A stretch of 64,000 nucleotides of DNA from assembly GCA_023205875.1 (NCBI GenBank), contig CP060755.1, forward strand, positions 744,001 to 808,000, read 5' to 3'. A model generated the notes under the pieces. The model did no database searches and was not told where the DNA came from. It was given only the letters and a program-made list of their open reading frames with translations. Every line of letters starts with the position of its first letter. Position 1 is the stretch's first letter. This stretch comes from Chloropicon primus (taxonomy: Eukaryota). This document shows, one piece after another, positions 55,796 to 64,000 of this stretch. A program made the translations under genes and the position numbers.

Positions 55796-58039
55796 TCACA
55801 CGCTCGCGCTCTCCATCTCCACGCTCTCCTCCTCCTCGGGCTCGGGCTCCACCCAACGGCCGTACTCCTTGATCAGGTCGATGAGCTCGTCCACGGCCTC
55901 GTCCATCTTGACGCCCTTCCTGACGACATCCTTCTCGACGTAGAGGTCGATCTTGCCGGGGACCGTGCCGACGTACCCAAAGTCCGCGTCCGCCATCTCC
56001 CCCGGGCCGTTCACGATGCACCCCATGATCGCGATGGTCACCCCCGGGAGGTGCCCCGTCTTCTGCTGGATGGCGTTCGTGACCTCCTGCAGGTCGAAGA
56101 GCGTCCTGCCGCAGCTGGGGCAGCTCACGTAGTCCGTCTTGGTGCTCCTCATGCGGCAGCCCTGGAGGAGGCCGAAGCTGGTGAGCCGGACGAACTCCGT
56201 GGGGAAGCTCCTGTTCTCGATGATCACGCCGTCCCCGAGGCCGTCCACCAGGAGGGCCCCGCACTCCGTCCCCCCCCGGATGATGATGTCGTCCTTGTGG
56301 TCCCCCTCCAGCTCTAGGTGGTGCAGGACCGCGGCGTCGACCTCGTTGGCCGCCAGGAGCTCGAAGAACTTCCTCGAGACGTGGACCCTGCTCTCCGAGT
56401 CGCGGACCTTGAGGAACACGCACACCGCGCCGGCCTGCTTGAGGAGCCTCACGTCCTCCTCGGTCTCGGCGCCCGTGCACGCCAGGGCAAAGTCCTTGAT
56501 GCCCTCCGGCAGGAGGCCGCTTGCCGCGCCCCCGGCGGCCTTGAACTCCTCCATGGACACGATGGCGACGGCGCCCCTCACGGCGTTCTTCCTGAGCTCC
56601 GAGAGGGGGGCGAAGAGTCCGACCTCGCCCTCCTGGAGCCTCCTGAGCGCGAGCATCGTCTGGGCGTCCGAGGGGTCTGGGAGCTCGTTCATGATGATCG
56701 AGTCCGAGGTCGCGATGTCCTTGAAGGGCAGGCCGAGGACGAACTTGCAGCCGAGCTCCCTGTACAGGAGGTCCGGGTTCTCAAAGTCCTTGAGGTCCAC
56801 GACCGTCATGACGCTGCCGTCCCGGTGCAGAGCCTTGCTCACGTCGTAGGGGGACTCCTCGTCCTCCGCCTCCTTCAGGGCGCCCTTTCGCTTCTCGAAG
56901 GACTTGAAGTCGCGGTGCGTCTCCGTGAAGGGGCTTGTCCCCATGCCCATGTCCGTGGCTTCCGCCCCCAGGAGGGCGAGCCTGGAGCAGGGCTCCATCT
57001 CCAGCTCGGGGTCCTCCGTGAGGGACACCCTGATGGTGTCCCCCAGCCCGTCCATGAGGAGGGTCCCGATGCCGATCGCGCTCTTCATGCGGCCGTCCTC
57101 GCCCTCCCCGGCCTCCGTGACCCCGAGGTGCAGGGGGTAGTTCCAGTCCAGCTTGTACATCTCCGACGCGAGGAGCCTGTACGCCTGGACCATCACGAGG
57201 GGGTTCGACGCCTTCATCGAGAACAGGAAGTTGTGGTAGTCGTGCTTGCGGCAGACGCGGGCGAACTCGAAGGCGGACTCCACCATCCCCCCGGGGGTGT
57301 CCCCGTAGTAGCTCAGGATCCTGGCCGAGAGGGAGCCGTGGTTCGTGCCGATGCGGATGGCCCTCCCGAGCTTCTTGCACTTCTCCACCAGCGGCGTGAA
57401 GATCTCCTCCATTTGCTCCACCTCCGCGTCGTACTCCTCCTGGGTCTCGTACGTCAGGTCGTCGAACTTCTTGATGCCGTCCGCAAAGTTTCCTGGGTTC
57501 ACCCTGATCTTCTCGAAAGCGTCGCAGACTCTCAGGGCGACCTTGGGGTTGAAGTGAATGTCCGCCACGAGGGGAGTGTCGTACCCGTACTTGAACAACT
57601 TCTCGCGGATGTGCATGCAGGCCTCGGCCTCCCTCCCTCCCTGGACCGTGATCCTCACAAGGTCAGCGCCGTTGTCCGCGCACTTCATCACCTGCTCCAC
57701 CGTCGCGTCCACGTTCTTGGTATCTGTCGTCGTCATCGTCTGCCTCGCGATAGGGTGCTCGCTCCCGATGGGCACGTTCCCCACCCACACCGTAGATGTA
57801 GGCCTCCGCTGGGTCTTGTAGATCGTCTCGCAGTACAACCCCTCCGGAAGAATGAGCTTCGGCGCACCAGCACCCTCCGCGGACCTCACCTTGCCACTCT
57901 TCCTCCATGCCTTTGCCTTGGAAGAAGAAGAAGAAGAAGAAGAAGAAGGTGAAGAAGCTTTGGAACAAGCTTTCCTCGCTCTCAAAACCCTCGCCGAGTT
58001 GTTCATGACCGCTGGACGGTGTGGTGTCACCCTCTCCAT
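55796..58039 (-). CDS. ispG: 4-hydroxy-3-methylbut-2-enyl diphosphate synthase (HDS/GcpE), plastid
   Basis: QTMTTTDT, PLVADIHF, RVNPGN, RIGTNHGSLS, PLHLGVTEAG, GDTIRVSLT, plant-type insert, SCPSCGRTLFDLQ, MGCIVNGPGE. Confidence 0.97.
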   Translation of the reverse strand: MERVTPHRPAVMNNSARVLRARKACSKASSPSSSSSSSSSKAKAWRKSGKVRSAEGAGAPKLILPEGLYCETIYKTQRRPTSTVWVGNVPIGSEHPIARQTMTTTDTKNVDATVEQVMKCADNGADLVRITVQGGREAEACMHIREKLFKYGYDTPLVADIHFNPKVALRVCDAFEKIRVNPGNFADGIKKFDDLTYETQEEYDAEVEQMEEIFTPLVEKCKKLGRAIRIGTNHGSLSARILSYYGDTPGGMVESAFEFARVCRKHDYHNFLFSMKASNPLVMVQAYRLLASEMYKLDWNYPLHLGVTEAGEGEDGRMKSAIGIGTLLMDGLGDTIRVSLTEDPELEMEPCSRLALLGAEATDMGMGTSPFTETHRDFKSFEKRKGALKEAEDEESPYDVSKALHRDGSVMTVVDLKDFENPDLLYRELGCKFVLGLPFKDIATSDSIIMNELPDPSDAQTMLALRRLQEGEVGLFAPLSELRKNAVRGAVAIVSMEEFKAAGGAASGLLPEGIKDFALACTGAETEEDVRLLKQAGAVCVFLKVRDSESRVHVSRKFFELLAANEVDAAVLHHLELEGDHKDDIIIRGGTECGALLVDGLGDGVIIENRSFPTEFVRLTSFGLLQGCRMRSTKTDYVSCPSCGRTLFDLQEVTNAIQQKTGHLPGVTIAIMGCIVNGPGEMADADFGYVGTVPGKIDLYVEKDVVRKGVKMDEAVDELIDLIKEYGRWVEPEPEEEESVEMESASV

Positions 58040-58457
58040 CGCCAAGACCCTCTCTCCCGTCGTCGACCTCGACCCACGCAACCAAAAAGCACGCAGCCTC
58101 TCGCCCTCCAGGATGAGAGACTCGATTATCGAGAATGGTTGGCGCTCCTTCGCCGGCGGAGTGCTCGTTTGACGAGAGAATTGCAAGCCTGACCTTGGGA
58201 TGGAGGGGTGGGAGGGAGGGGAGGGAGGGGAGGGATGAGGGACACCTGTTCCTTGTTCCTGTTCCTTTTTGCTCTCTCTTTGTTTGTTTGTTTGTTGTTC
58301 ATTGGCACCAACCACTGACTGAATGAGTGAGGGACAAGGGACAAGGAATGGAATGCTTACAGGTGAAGAATTACGGATGAAGAAAGGGTGACTTTAATTC
58401 ATTCGATATAATTATTGTCTCTCTCTCTCTCTCTGTCTTTTGTCTGGCTTCTTAGGT

Positions 58458-60368
58458 TTACTTCCACATCTTGGGCTCGGCGATCTTGTTGAACCACTTG
58501 GAGGTGAGCTTGTACTCATTCAAGAGGTTCTTGTTGGCCTTCTTGGCCTCGATGCACTCGGCCCCGAAAAGGAGGTCCGCGATGGTCATGGCCTTGCCCG
58601 CCAGGAACTTGTTGCCCTCCTCGAGCCACTTCTCCAGCTGGGGCAGGATGTCCCCGGTCATCTTCTCCTCGCTGACCTGCTTCCCCTCAGTCAGGTCGTT
58701 GTACCAGTCCAGGGCGCCCCCGACCTTGAGGTCCTCCTCCTCGTTCTGGGGGTAGAGGTTCGAGTTCTCCCTCTTCGTGATGAACTTGAGGACGTTGGTG
58801 CCCTGCCCGGCGACCTCGTCGTGGTACGAAGCGACCGCGTCGCAGGAGGCGTGCTGCCTGCAGCCCTCAGGCATGCTGTCGACGTCCTCGATGCTTTCGA
58901 CCGACTTCTGCAGCTTCATGTTCCTGAAGAGGTACTCGATGCTGTTCTTCACCCCGGCGGAGGCGTCCTTTGAGTACCACACCCTGTACATGTCCTTGTT
59001 GAACAAGGGGTCGTAGATCTGGTGCTTCCTTGGCTGCAGCCTGCCCTTCTTGTCGAGCTCGTTGACGAAAGGCATGAACTTGACGCCCATCATGAAGGGC
59101 TGGAGGACCTCAGGAACCCTCACCCCGTCGGCAGTTTGGTAGTTCTCCAGGAGGCAGCACAGGGCTCTCTCCGTCGCGCTCAGGGTGCTGTTGAGCATGT
59201 GGACGTAGACCTTCTCCTTGTCGATCACGCCCTTTGGAGCCCTCATCCTGACCTCGAGCCTCCTCGACTGGTAGTCCGTGCAGTTGGAGCACGAGACGAG
59301 CTCGCGGAACGCCTGGCTCGCCGGGAAGGAGGCCTCGAGATCGAACTTCTTCGCGGCGGCGTCGTTGAGCTCGCCGGACACTATGTTGACGACGTGGTAC
59401 GGGATCCCCAACGACTGGTAGAAGTCCTCCGCGTTCTTGAGCATCTCCTCCATCGCCTCCCAGCTCTCGTTGCCTTGAGGCGACGTGAGCACGAACTGCT
59501 CGATCTTCTCGAACTGGTGCACCCTGTAGATACCCAGGGTGTCCCTCCCGTGGCTTCCCGCCTCCTTCCTGAAGCAAGACGAGTAGCCGGCGTACTTGAT
59601 CGGGAGCTCCCTCGGCTCGTACCACTTTTGCCTGTGCATGCTCGATATCGTCTGCTCCGAGGTGGCGATGAGGTACTTGTCGTCCCCCTCCCCGGAGACC
59701 TTGTAGAGCTGCTCGTCAAAATCAGAGAGCTGGGCAGTCTCCGCCATGATGTTCTTCCTCATGAAGAAAGGGGTGTGAACCGGGCAGTAACCCCTGAGAG
59801 CCAAGAACTGGAGGCCGTAACTGATCAGAGCCTGGTTCAGCATCACTCCGTAGTTCAGCAGGTAGTACCCCCTGCCGCCAGCAACCGCCTGGCCAGCCTC
59901 GAGGTCCACGATGCCGAGCATGCCGACCAGGTCCACGTGGTTGTACTTTGCGTCCTCCTTCGTTCGGGGGGTGCCGAATGTCCTCACGACCTCGTTGTGC
60001 GCCTCGTCGTTGTTCACGGGGACGGAGTCGTGCACGAGGTTGCCTATCTTCTTCAGGGCCTCGTCGCGCTTGGCCTCCGCGACCTTCACGATGTCTTGCA
60101 GCGCTTCTATGTCCTTCTTCATTGCCTTGGACTGCTCCTGGAGCTCGGAAGCATCCTCCTTGGCCTTCCTCTTCGTAGCGATGCTCTTGTTCAGCTTGTT
60201 GAACTCCTTGCTGATCTGATCCACATCGAACCTCTTCTTCCTCCACTCCTGGTCCAGCTCGATGACGCTGTCCACGAGGGACACATCTTTATACCGCCTC
60301 CTTTGAGACTCGCGAATGAGCTCAGGATTCCCGCCCTTCTCCTCGCGGAACAAGTTGATGTCCAACAT
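58458..60368 (-). CDS. SARS: Cytosolic serine-tRNA ligase with C-terminal GST-like domain
   Basis: MLDINLFREEKGGNPELIRESQRRR, YLIATSEQ, FRKEAGSHGRDTLGIYRVHQFEKIEQF, ELVSCSNCTDYQSRRL, HMLNSTL; then about 190 extra aa with LYP...ALDW...LPQLEKWLEEGNKFLAGKAMTIADL...KWFNKI. Confidence 0.95.
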   Translation of the reverse strand: MLDINLFREEKGGNPELIRESQRRRYKDVSLVDSVIELDQEWRKKRFDVDQISKEFNKLNKSIATKRKAKEDASELQEQSKAMKKDIEALQDIVKVAEAKRDEALKKIGNLVHDSVPVNNDEAHNEVVRTFGTPRTKEDAKYNHVDLVGMLGIVDLEAGQAVAGGRGYYLLNYGVMLNQALISYGLQFLALRGYCPVHTPFFMRKNIMAETAQLSDFDEQLYKVSGEGDDKYLIATSEQTISSMHRQKWYEPRELPIKYAGYSSCFRKEAGSHGRDTLGIYRVHQFEKIEQFVLTSPQGNESWEAMEEMLKNAEDFYQSLGIPYHVVNIVSGELNDAAAKKFDLEASFPASQAFRELVSCSNCTDYQSRRLEVRMRAPKGVIDKEKVYVHMLNSTLSATERALCCLLENYQTADGVRVPEVLQPFMMGVKFMPFVNELDKKGRLQPRKHQIYDPLFNKDMYRVWYSKDASAGVKNSIEYLFRNMKLQKSVESIEDVDSMPEGCRQHASCDAVASYHDEVAGQGTNVLKFITKRENSNLYPQNEEEDLKVGGALDWYNDLTEGKQVSEEKMTGDILPQLEKWLEEGNKFLAGKAMTIADLLFGAECIEAKKANKNLLNEYKLTSKWFNKIAEPKMWK

Positions 60369-60925
60369 GAATGGTTACTCAGCAACTCGCAAGGGGATTT
60401 CGTCGGCCTCTATTGCCTCTTCTCTTCCGCACTTCCTTGTCTTCGCAGTCAGAAAGGACGCCCGCTGCTTCCGTGCCCCTCTCCTCTCGCCGCCTTTCCT
60501 TTTCGGTCCCCTCTTTATCAAGGTCAATCTGATTGTCTGAGGAGGGAGGTAGAAGTAACGGTGAATGGTGGGCGGAGGGGTGGTGTGCTAGGGGGCAGGT
60601 GGAAGCATGGATCCTTCCTCCTCCTTTCAAGGAGCCTCCATGTGCCAGAGGTTGGAAAGGGACAAGGAAGGTGATTGATGAGGAGGAGGAGGATGAAGAG
60701 GAGGACGGTGTGAGGGCGACATATGGGGGGGGGGGTGCTGACGAGGTATCGGGGGGGAAGGAGGGCCAAGGGCCATCCCCGGGACAGCTTGAAGGCAAGG
60801 AATAGATTTACATGAGACTCTTTTCGGCAAGCGGTTGCCACAAGTCCTGGTTTAGTCTTTAGCCTCTGCCCCATCTGCCCTGCATCATGGGTATCGAGGA
60901 GGTGAAGGAATCGGCAGGGGTGCGA

Positions 60926-63250
60926 CTACGACGCCTCGGCAGTGAACTGAATAATAATATCTCCGGGGATGAAGGCATCAAAGCCTTCCAGCATCAGGCC
61001 GCACTCCTTCCCCTGCTGCATGGAAGGGACATCCTTCTGCTTGTGCTTCAGGGACTGGATCTTGCCCTCGAATATGACATCGCCGCTCCTCAACACTTTG
61101 AAGACGTGCTCCTTGTCGTTGCTTATCGCTCCCTCGTTCACTTTGCAGCCAGCGATCGTCCGCTTCGTCCGACCCGAGTCCTCCCGAGTGTTGACGCTGA
61201 AAACCTGCAGCACTTTGCACTGCCCGGTCTTCACGGGCTCTTGGTTTTTCCCGCTGGCGAGGCTCTGCACGAGGTCCTGCAAGTGGTCCAACAGCTTATA
61301 GATCACCCTGTGGGAGTACATCTTGGTCTTGTCCCGCTCCATCATCTTTTGCACCTGCGACGATATGGGCTTCACGTTGAACGCTATGACTGTCGCGTCA
61401 CAGGCCTTTGCCAGGACGACGTCCGATTCGGTGATCGGGCCGACCGAGCTGAAGATGGATTTCACTTCCACGTCCTCGTTCTCAAGTGCCATCACCGCCT
61501 CTTCGAGCGCTTCGAGGGTGCCGTGAACATCTGCTTTCAGGATCAGCGTGAGCTTTGGCTTGTCCTCCTCCTCTTCGCCGGGTTTGCCTTCCTCTTCGCC
61601 AGCTTCTGCCGCGTCCTCCTCCTCTGCATTTTTCAAGCGAATCTTGTTTGGCACGTACTTCGTCCTCTCCATGAACTTTTCTCTGTACGTCCTCTTCTTC
61701 TTTTGGGGCCCAGATAGCTTGGAAGTGACCTCCGGTCTTCTCTCGTGGATCAGGTCCTGCACGTCCCTCTGCCTCGACGCGCTGAGTTTCCTGGCCATGG
61801 ACTCGGACTCGACGCACCTGACCTTGTCCCCCGCCTGGGGCAGGCCTTTCAGACCTATGACTTCCACGGGGAACGACGGGATCGCTTCGTGGACCTGCTG
61901 CCCCCTCGAGTCCCGCATCAGCCTTACCTTCCCCCACTCCTTTCCTATAACCAGGGAGTCCCCGGTTTTGAGGACGCCCTGCCTCATGATCAAGGTAGCG
62001 CAGGCGCCGCTCTTCTTGTCGCTCTTGGCCTCGATCACTGTCCCTGTCGCGACCGATCCCAGGTCTGATGACAAGTCTATCATCTCGGAAAGGAGCGTTA
62101 TTGCGTCCAAGAGGTCGTCGAGACCCATGCCGGTGGGCGCGGCAACTTCCACGCACTGCACGTCCCCGCCGTCCTCTTCCAACTCCACGCCACAGTCCTT
62201 CAGCCCCGCCTTGACTTTCTCCGGATTGGCATTCTCCCTGTCGCACTTTGTGATCGCAACGATCAGCGGCGTCCCGGCAGCGGCGGCGTGCGCAAGCGCT
62301 TCGTTTGTTTGCGGCTTCACCCCCTCGTCCGCTGCTACCACGATGATAGCAATGTCCGTCACGGCGGCCCCCCTGGCCCTCATTTCGCTGAAAGCTTTGT
62401 GGCCCGGGGTGTCCAGGAAGGTCACGAACTCCTCCCCGCTTCGAATCCCTGGTTCTGAGCTGACCCTCTGCGAGGCTTTCTTTTTCGTTTTGCTCTTCTT
62501 CTTCTTCTTCGCCTTATTTCCCGCCGGCGCCTCCTCACCGCCGCCTTGGTTCTGAACCCCCACCGCCTTCAGGTCGACGGCAAAGGCTCCAATGTGCTGA
62601 GTTATCCCCCCCGCTTCCTTTGCTGCAACGGAAGCAGACCTCAGGGCATCCAGCAGAGTCGTCTTCCCGTGATCAATGTGCCCCATAATCGACACCGTTG
62701 GCGCCCTCCGATGCTGCTGCGCCGACCCGGACTCGCCCTCCTCCCCGCTGCCCCTCTCCTCCTCGTTCTCCTCGACGTAGAAACCGAGCTCCGCTGCGGT
62801 GATCTCCGCCGCACCCCAGGACAGGTACACGTCATTCGACTTGGGAAGCTCGCCGAGGTCGTCCAGCGTCGACCTCACGACCTCCAAGTCCGTGCTCAGG
62901 AGCTTGGACAACTTATTGACAGTGACCCGAGCCGGCAGGCGCACCACCAACTGCGTCTGTGCCCCCGAGTACTGCCGGAGCTGGCCACTGAGCGCACCCC
63001 GAAGCGTGGAGGACGCCGCGATTCCTCTCCCCACCTCGAAGCGCCGCGCGGCCACCTCCCTCCGCGAGCTCGTCGACGGCGTCTCCCCAGCAGCTGCCGA
63101 CGAACCCACCCACCTCGTTGCCAAGCCCAGTGCTCCCTCCCCGCACACCCCGGCGTCCTTCCAACAGGGCGACTCCCCCACGATCCTCCTCGTCCCCCTC
63201 ACCACTTGGCGCAGCACCTGAAGCCCCACCTCCCTCCCCAGTCCTCCCAT
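60926..63250 (-). CDS. infB: Translation initiation factor IF-2, probably mitochondrial
   Basis: Presequence-like N-terminus; [72 protein letters not shown]. Confidence 0.95.
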   Translation of the reverse strand: MGGLGREVGLQVLRQVVRGTRRIVGESPCWKDAGVCGEGALGLATRWVGSSAAAGETPSTSSRREVAARRFEVGRGIAASSTLRGALSGQLRQYSGAQTQLVVRLPARVTVNKLSKLLSTDLEVVRSTLDDLGELPKSNDVYLSWGAAEITAAELGFYVEENEEERGSGEEGESGSAQQHRRAPTVSIMGHIDHGKTTLLDALRSASVAAKEAGGITQHIGAFAVDLKAVGVQNQGGGEEAPAGNKAKKKKKSKTKKKASQRVSSEPGIRSGEEFVTFLDTPGHKAFSEMRARGAAVTDIAIIVVAADEGVKPQTNEALAHAAAAGTPLIVAITKCDRENANPEKVKAGLKDCGVELEEDGGDVQCVEVAAPTGMGLDDLLDAITLLSEMIDLSSDLGSVATGTVIEAKSDKKSGACATLIMRQGVLKTGDSLVIGKEWGKVRLMRDSRGQQVHEAIPSFPVEVIGLKGLPQAGDKVRCVESESMARKLSASRQRDVQDLIHERRPEVTSKLSGPQKKKRTYREKFMERTKYVPNKIRLKNAEEEDAAEAGEEEGKPGEEEEDKPKLTLILKADVHGTLEALEEAVMALENEDVEVKSIFSSVGPITESDVVLAKACDATVIAFNVKPISSQVQKMMERDKTKMYSHRVIYKLLDHLQDLVQSLASGKNQEPVKTGQCKVLQVFSVNTREDSGRTKRTIAGCKVNEGAISNDKEHVFKVLRSGDVIFEGKIQSLKHKQKDVPSMQQGKECGLMLEGFDAFIPGDIIIQFTAEAS

Positions 63251-63504
63251 CCTCCCACCAGCAGCAACAAAACTAACCCAACAACAAACACCTCCGAGGT
63301 TCCTTTCGAGTGAGGCCTCGTTCGAAAGACCGCGACAAGGACAACAACAAGGATAAGAGGAAACAAAGGTAAACGAAGAGAATTCCACCTCCCAACCCTT
63401 CCCACTCCCCCTCGAGTCGACCTCGACAAACAAACCAAACCAAACCAAACCAAACGCAAAAGCGATCGATCCAAAAGATGGTCTCTCTCTGCTCCTGGGC
63501 TCTC

Positions 63505-63552
63505 CGTTAATTTTCCATGAACGGACTCATACCGAGTCATGGAAAATTAACG
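63505..63552. repeat. Perfect 16-bp inverted repeat with 16-nt spacer in a divergent promoter
   Basis: CGTTAATTTTCCATGA (63505-63520) and TCATGGAAAATTAACG (63537-63552). Confidence 0.9.
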
Positions 63553-63687
63553 TCTCTAGGAGTATATGTGGAATTAATGTCTCCCAGTGAAAGACATTTG
63601 GTGGTTTGAGAATCGAGTGGCTGAGAGAGAGAGAGAGAGGAGAGCGTTTGAGGGGACTGGACTGGAGGCTTTGGGTTGTGGGTTGGG

Positions 63688-64000
63688 ATGAGGGTGACGA
63701 CGAGCGCGACGAGGGGGAGGGTGTTCCTCCCTGCCGGGGGGAAGGGAAGGGGATCGACGAGGTGGAGGCGGAAGGTGACCGAGGTGGGGGCTTCAACGCC
63801 CTCGCCCAAGGCCCGAGGGAGTCAGAGCCAGAGCCAGAGCCAGAGGCAGAGGAGGGGGAGTCTGGCCGTGGTTGCGTCGACGAGTGAGGTGCAGGAGCCT
63901 TCCCCGAGGGTGGCGAAGCTGACGGATGCCATGAGGGCCCTGTTCGCGGGCTGGTCGAAGGTGGTGACGAGCGCGCTCTCGAACGTCTCGGCGAAGCGGG
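63688..64000 (+). CDS. 5' part of a gene with a plastid transit peptide-like N-terminus (runs off the right edge)
   Basis: Open frame from ATG 63688: MRVTTSATRGRVFL...RRGSLAVVASTSEVQEPSPRVAKLTDAMRALF; no stop before the window end. Confidence 0.55.
   Translation, partial: MRVTTSATRGRVFLPAGGKGRGSTRWRRKVTEVGASTPSPKARGSQSQSQSQRQRRGSLAVVASTSEVQEPSPRVAKLTDAMRALFAGWSKVVTSALSNVSAKR

Noticed and set aside
47726..63250. Apparent cluster of translation genes (two SerRS and IF2, with HisRS earlier)
   Set aside because: Interspersed with unrelated genes on both strands; the SerRS genes are of different (organellar versus cytosolic) ancestry; expected by chance in a compact genome.

Overview
Gene-dense, GC-rich eukaryotic nuclear DNA from a small green alga. 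Evidence: GT-AG introns with CTGAC/CTAAC-type branch sites, plastid-targeted ClpC/HDS/ArgD, and TGTAA poly(A)-type signals after stop codons. The compact, intron-poor layout suggests a picoplanktonic chlorophyte such as Chloropicon (inference only). About 28 protein-coding genes were read: VPS15 (partial), a ubiquitin-like membrane protein, a stand-alone bHLH-MYC_N domain protein, a HARE-HTH protein, PMI, a class I aminotransferase, proteasome beta-4, organellar HisRS, SIN3, a hAT/BED-finger transposase derivative, RRP6, ArgD, DPH5, a CIAF1-like LYR protein, an EF-hand-like membrane protein, a G-protein alpha subunit, a YHM2-like carrier, BMS1, RCC2, ALF4/glomulin, ACR9/10-like, ABHD11-like, SYP2 syntaxin, organellar SerRS, ClpC, PI4K-gamma, HDS, cytosolic SerRS and IF2, plus a partial gene at the right edge. 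No rRNA, tRNA or CRISPR was seen. Highlights: (1) a spliced, lipidation-competent G-alpha in a lineage where model species lack heterotrimeric G proteins; it lacks the alphaN helix and the G-beta contact residues, suggesting a G-beta/gamma-independent G-alpha; (2) a cytosolic SerRS with a C-terminal GST-like domain; (3) a probably domesticated hAT transposase; (4) an ALF4 intron carrying an in-frame copy of its own downstream exon. Family calls are motif recognition by eye, not database searches.
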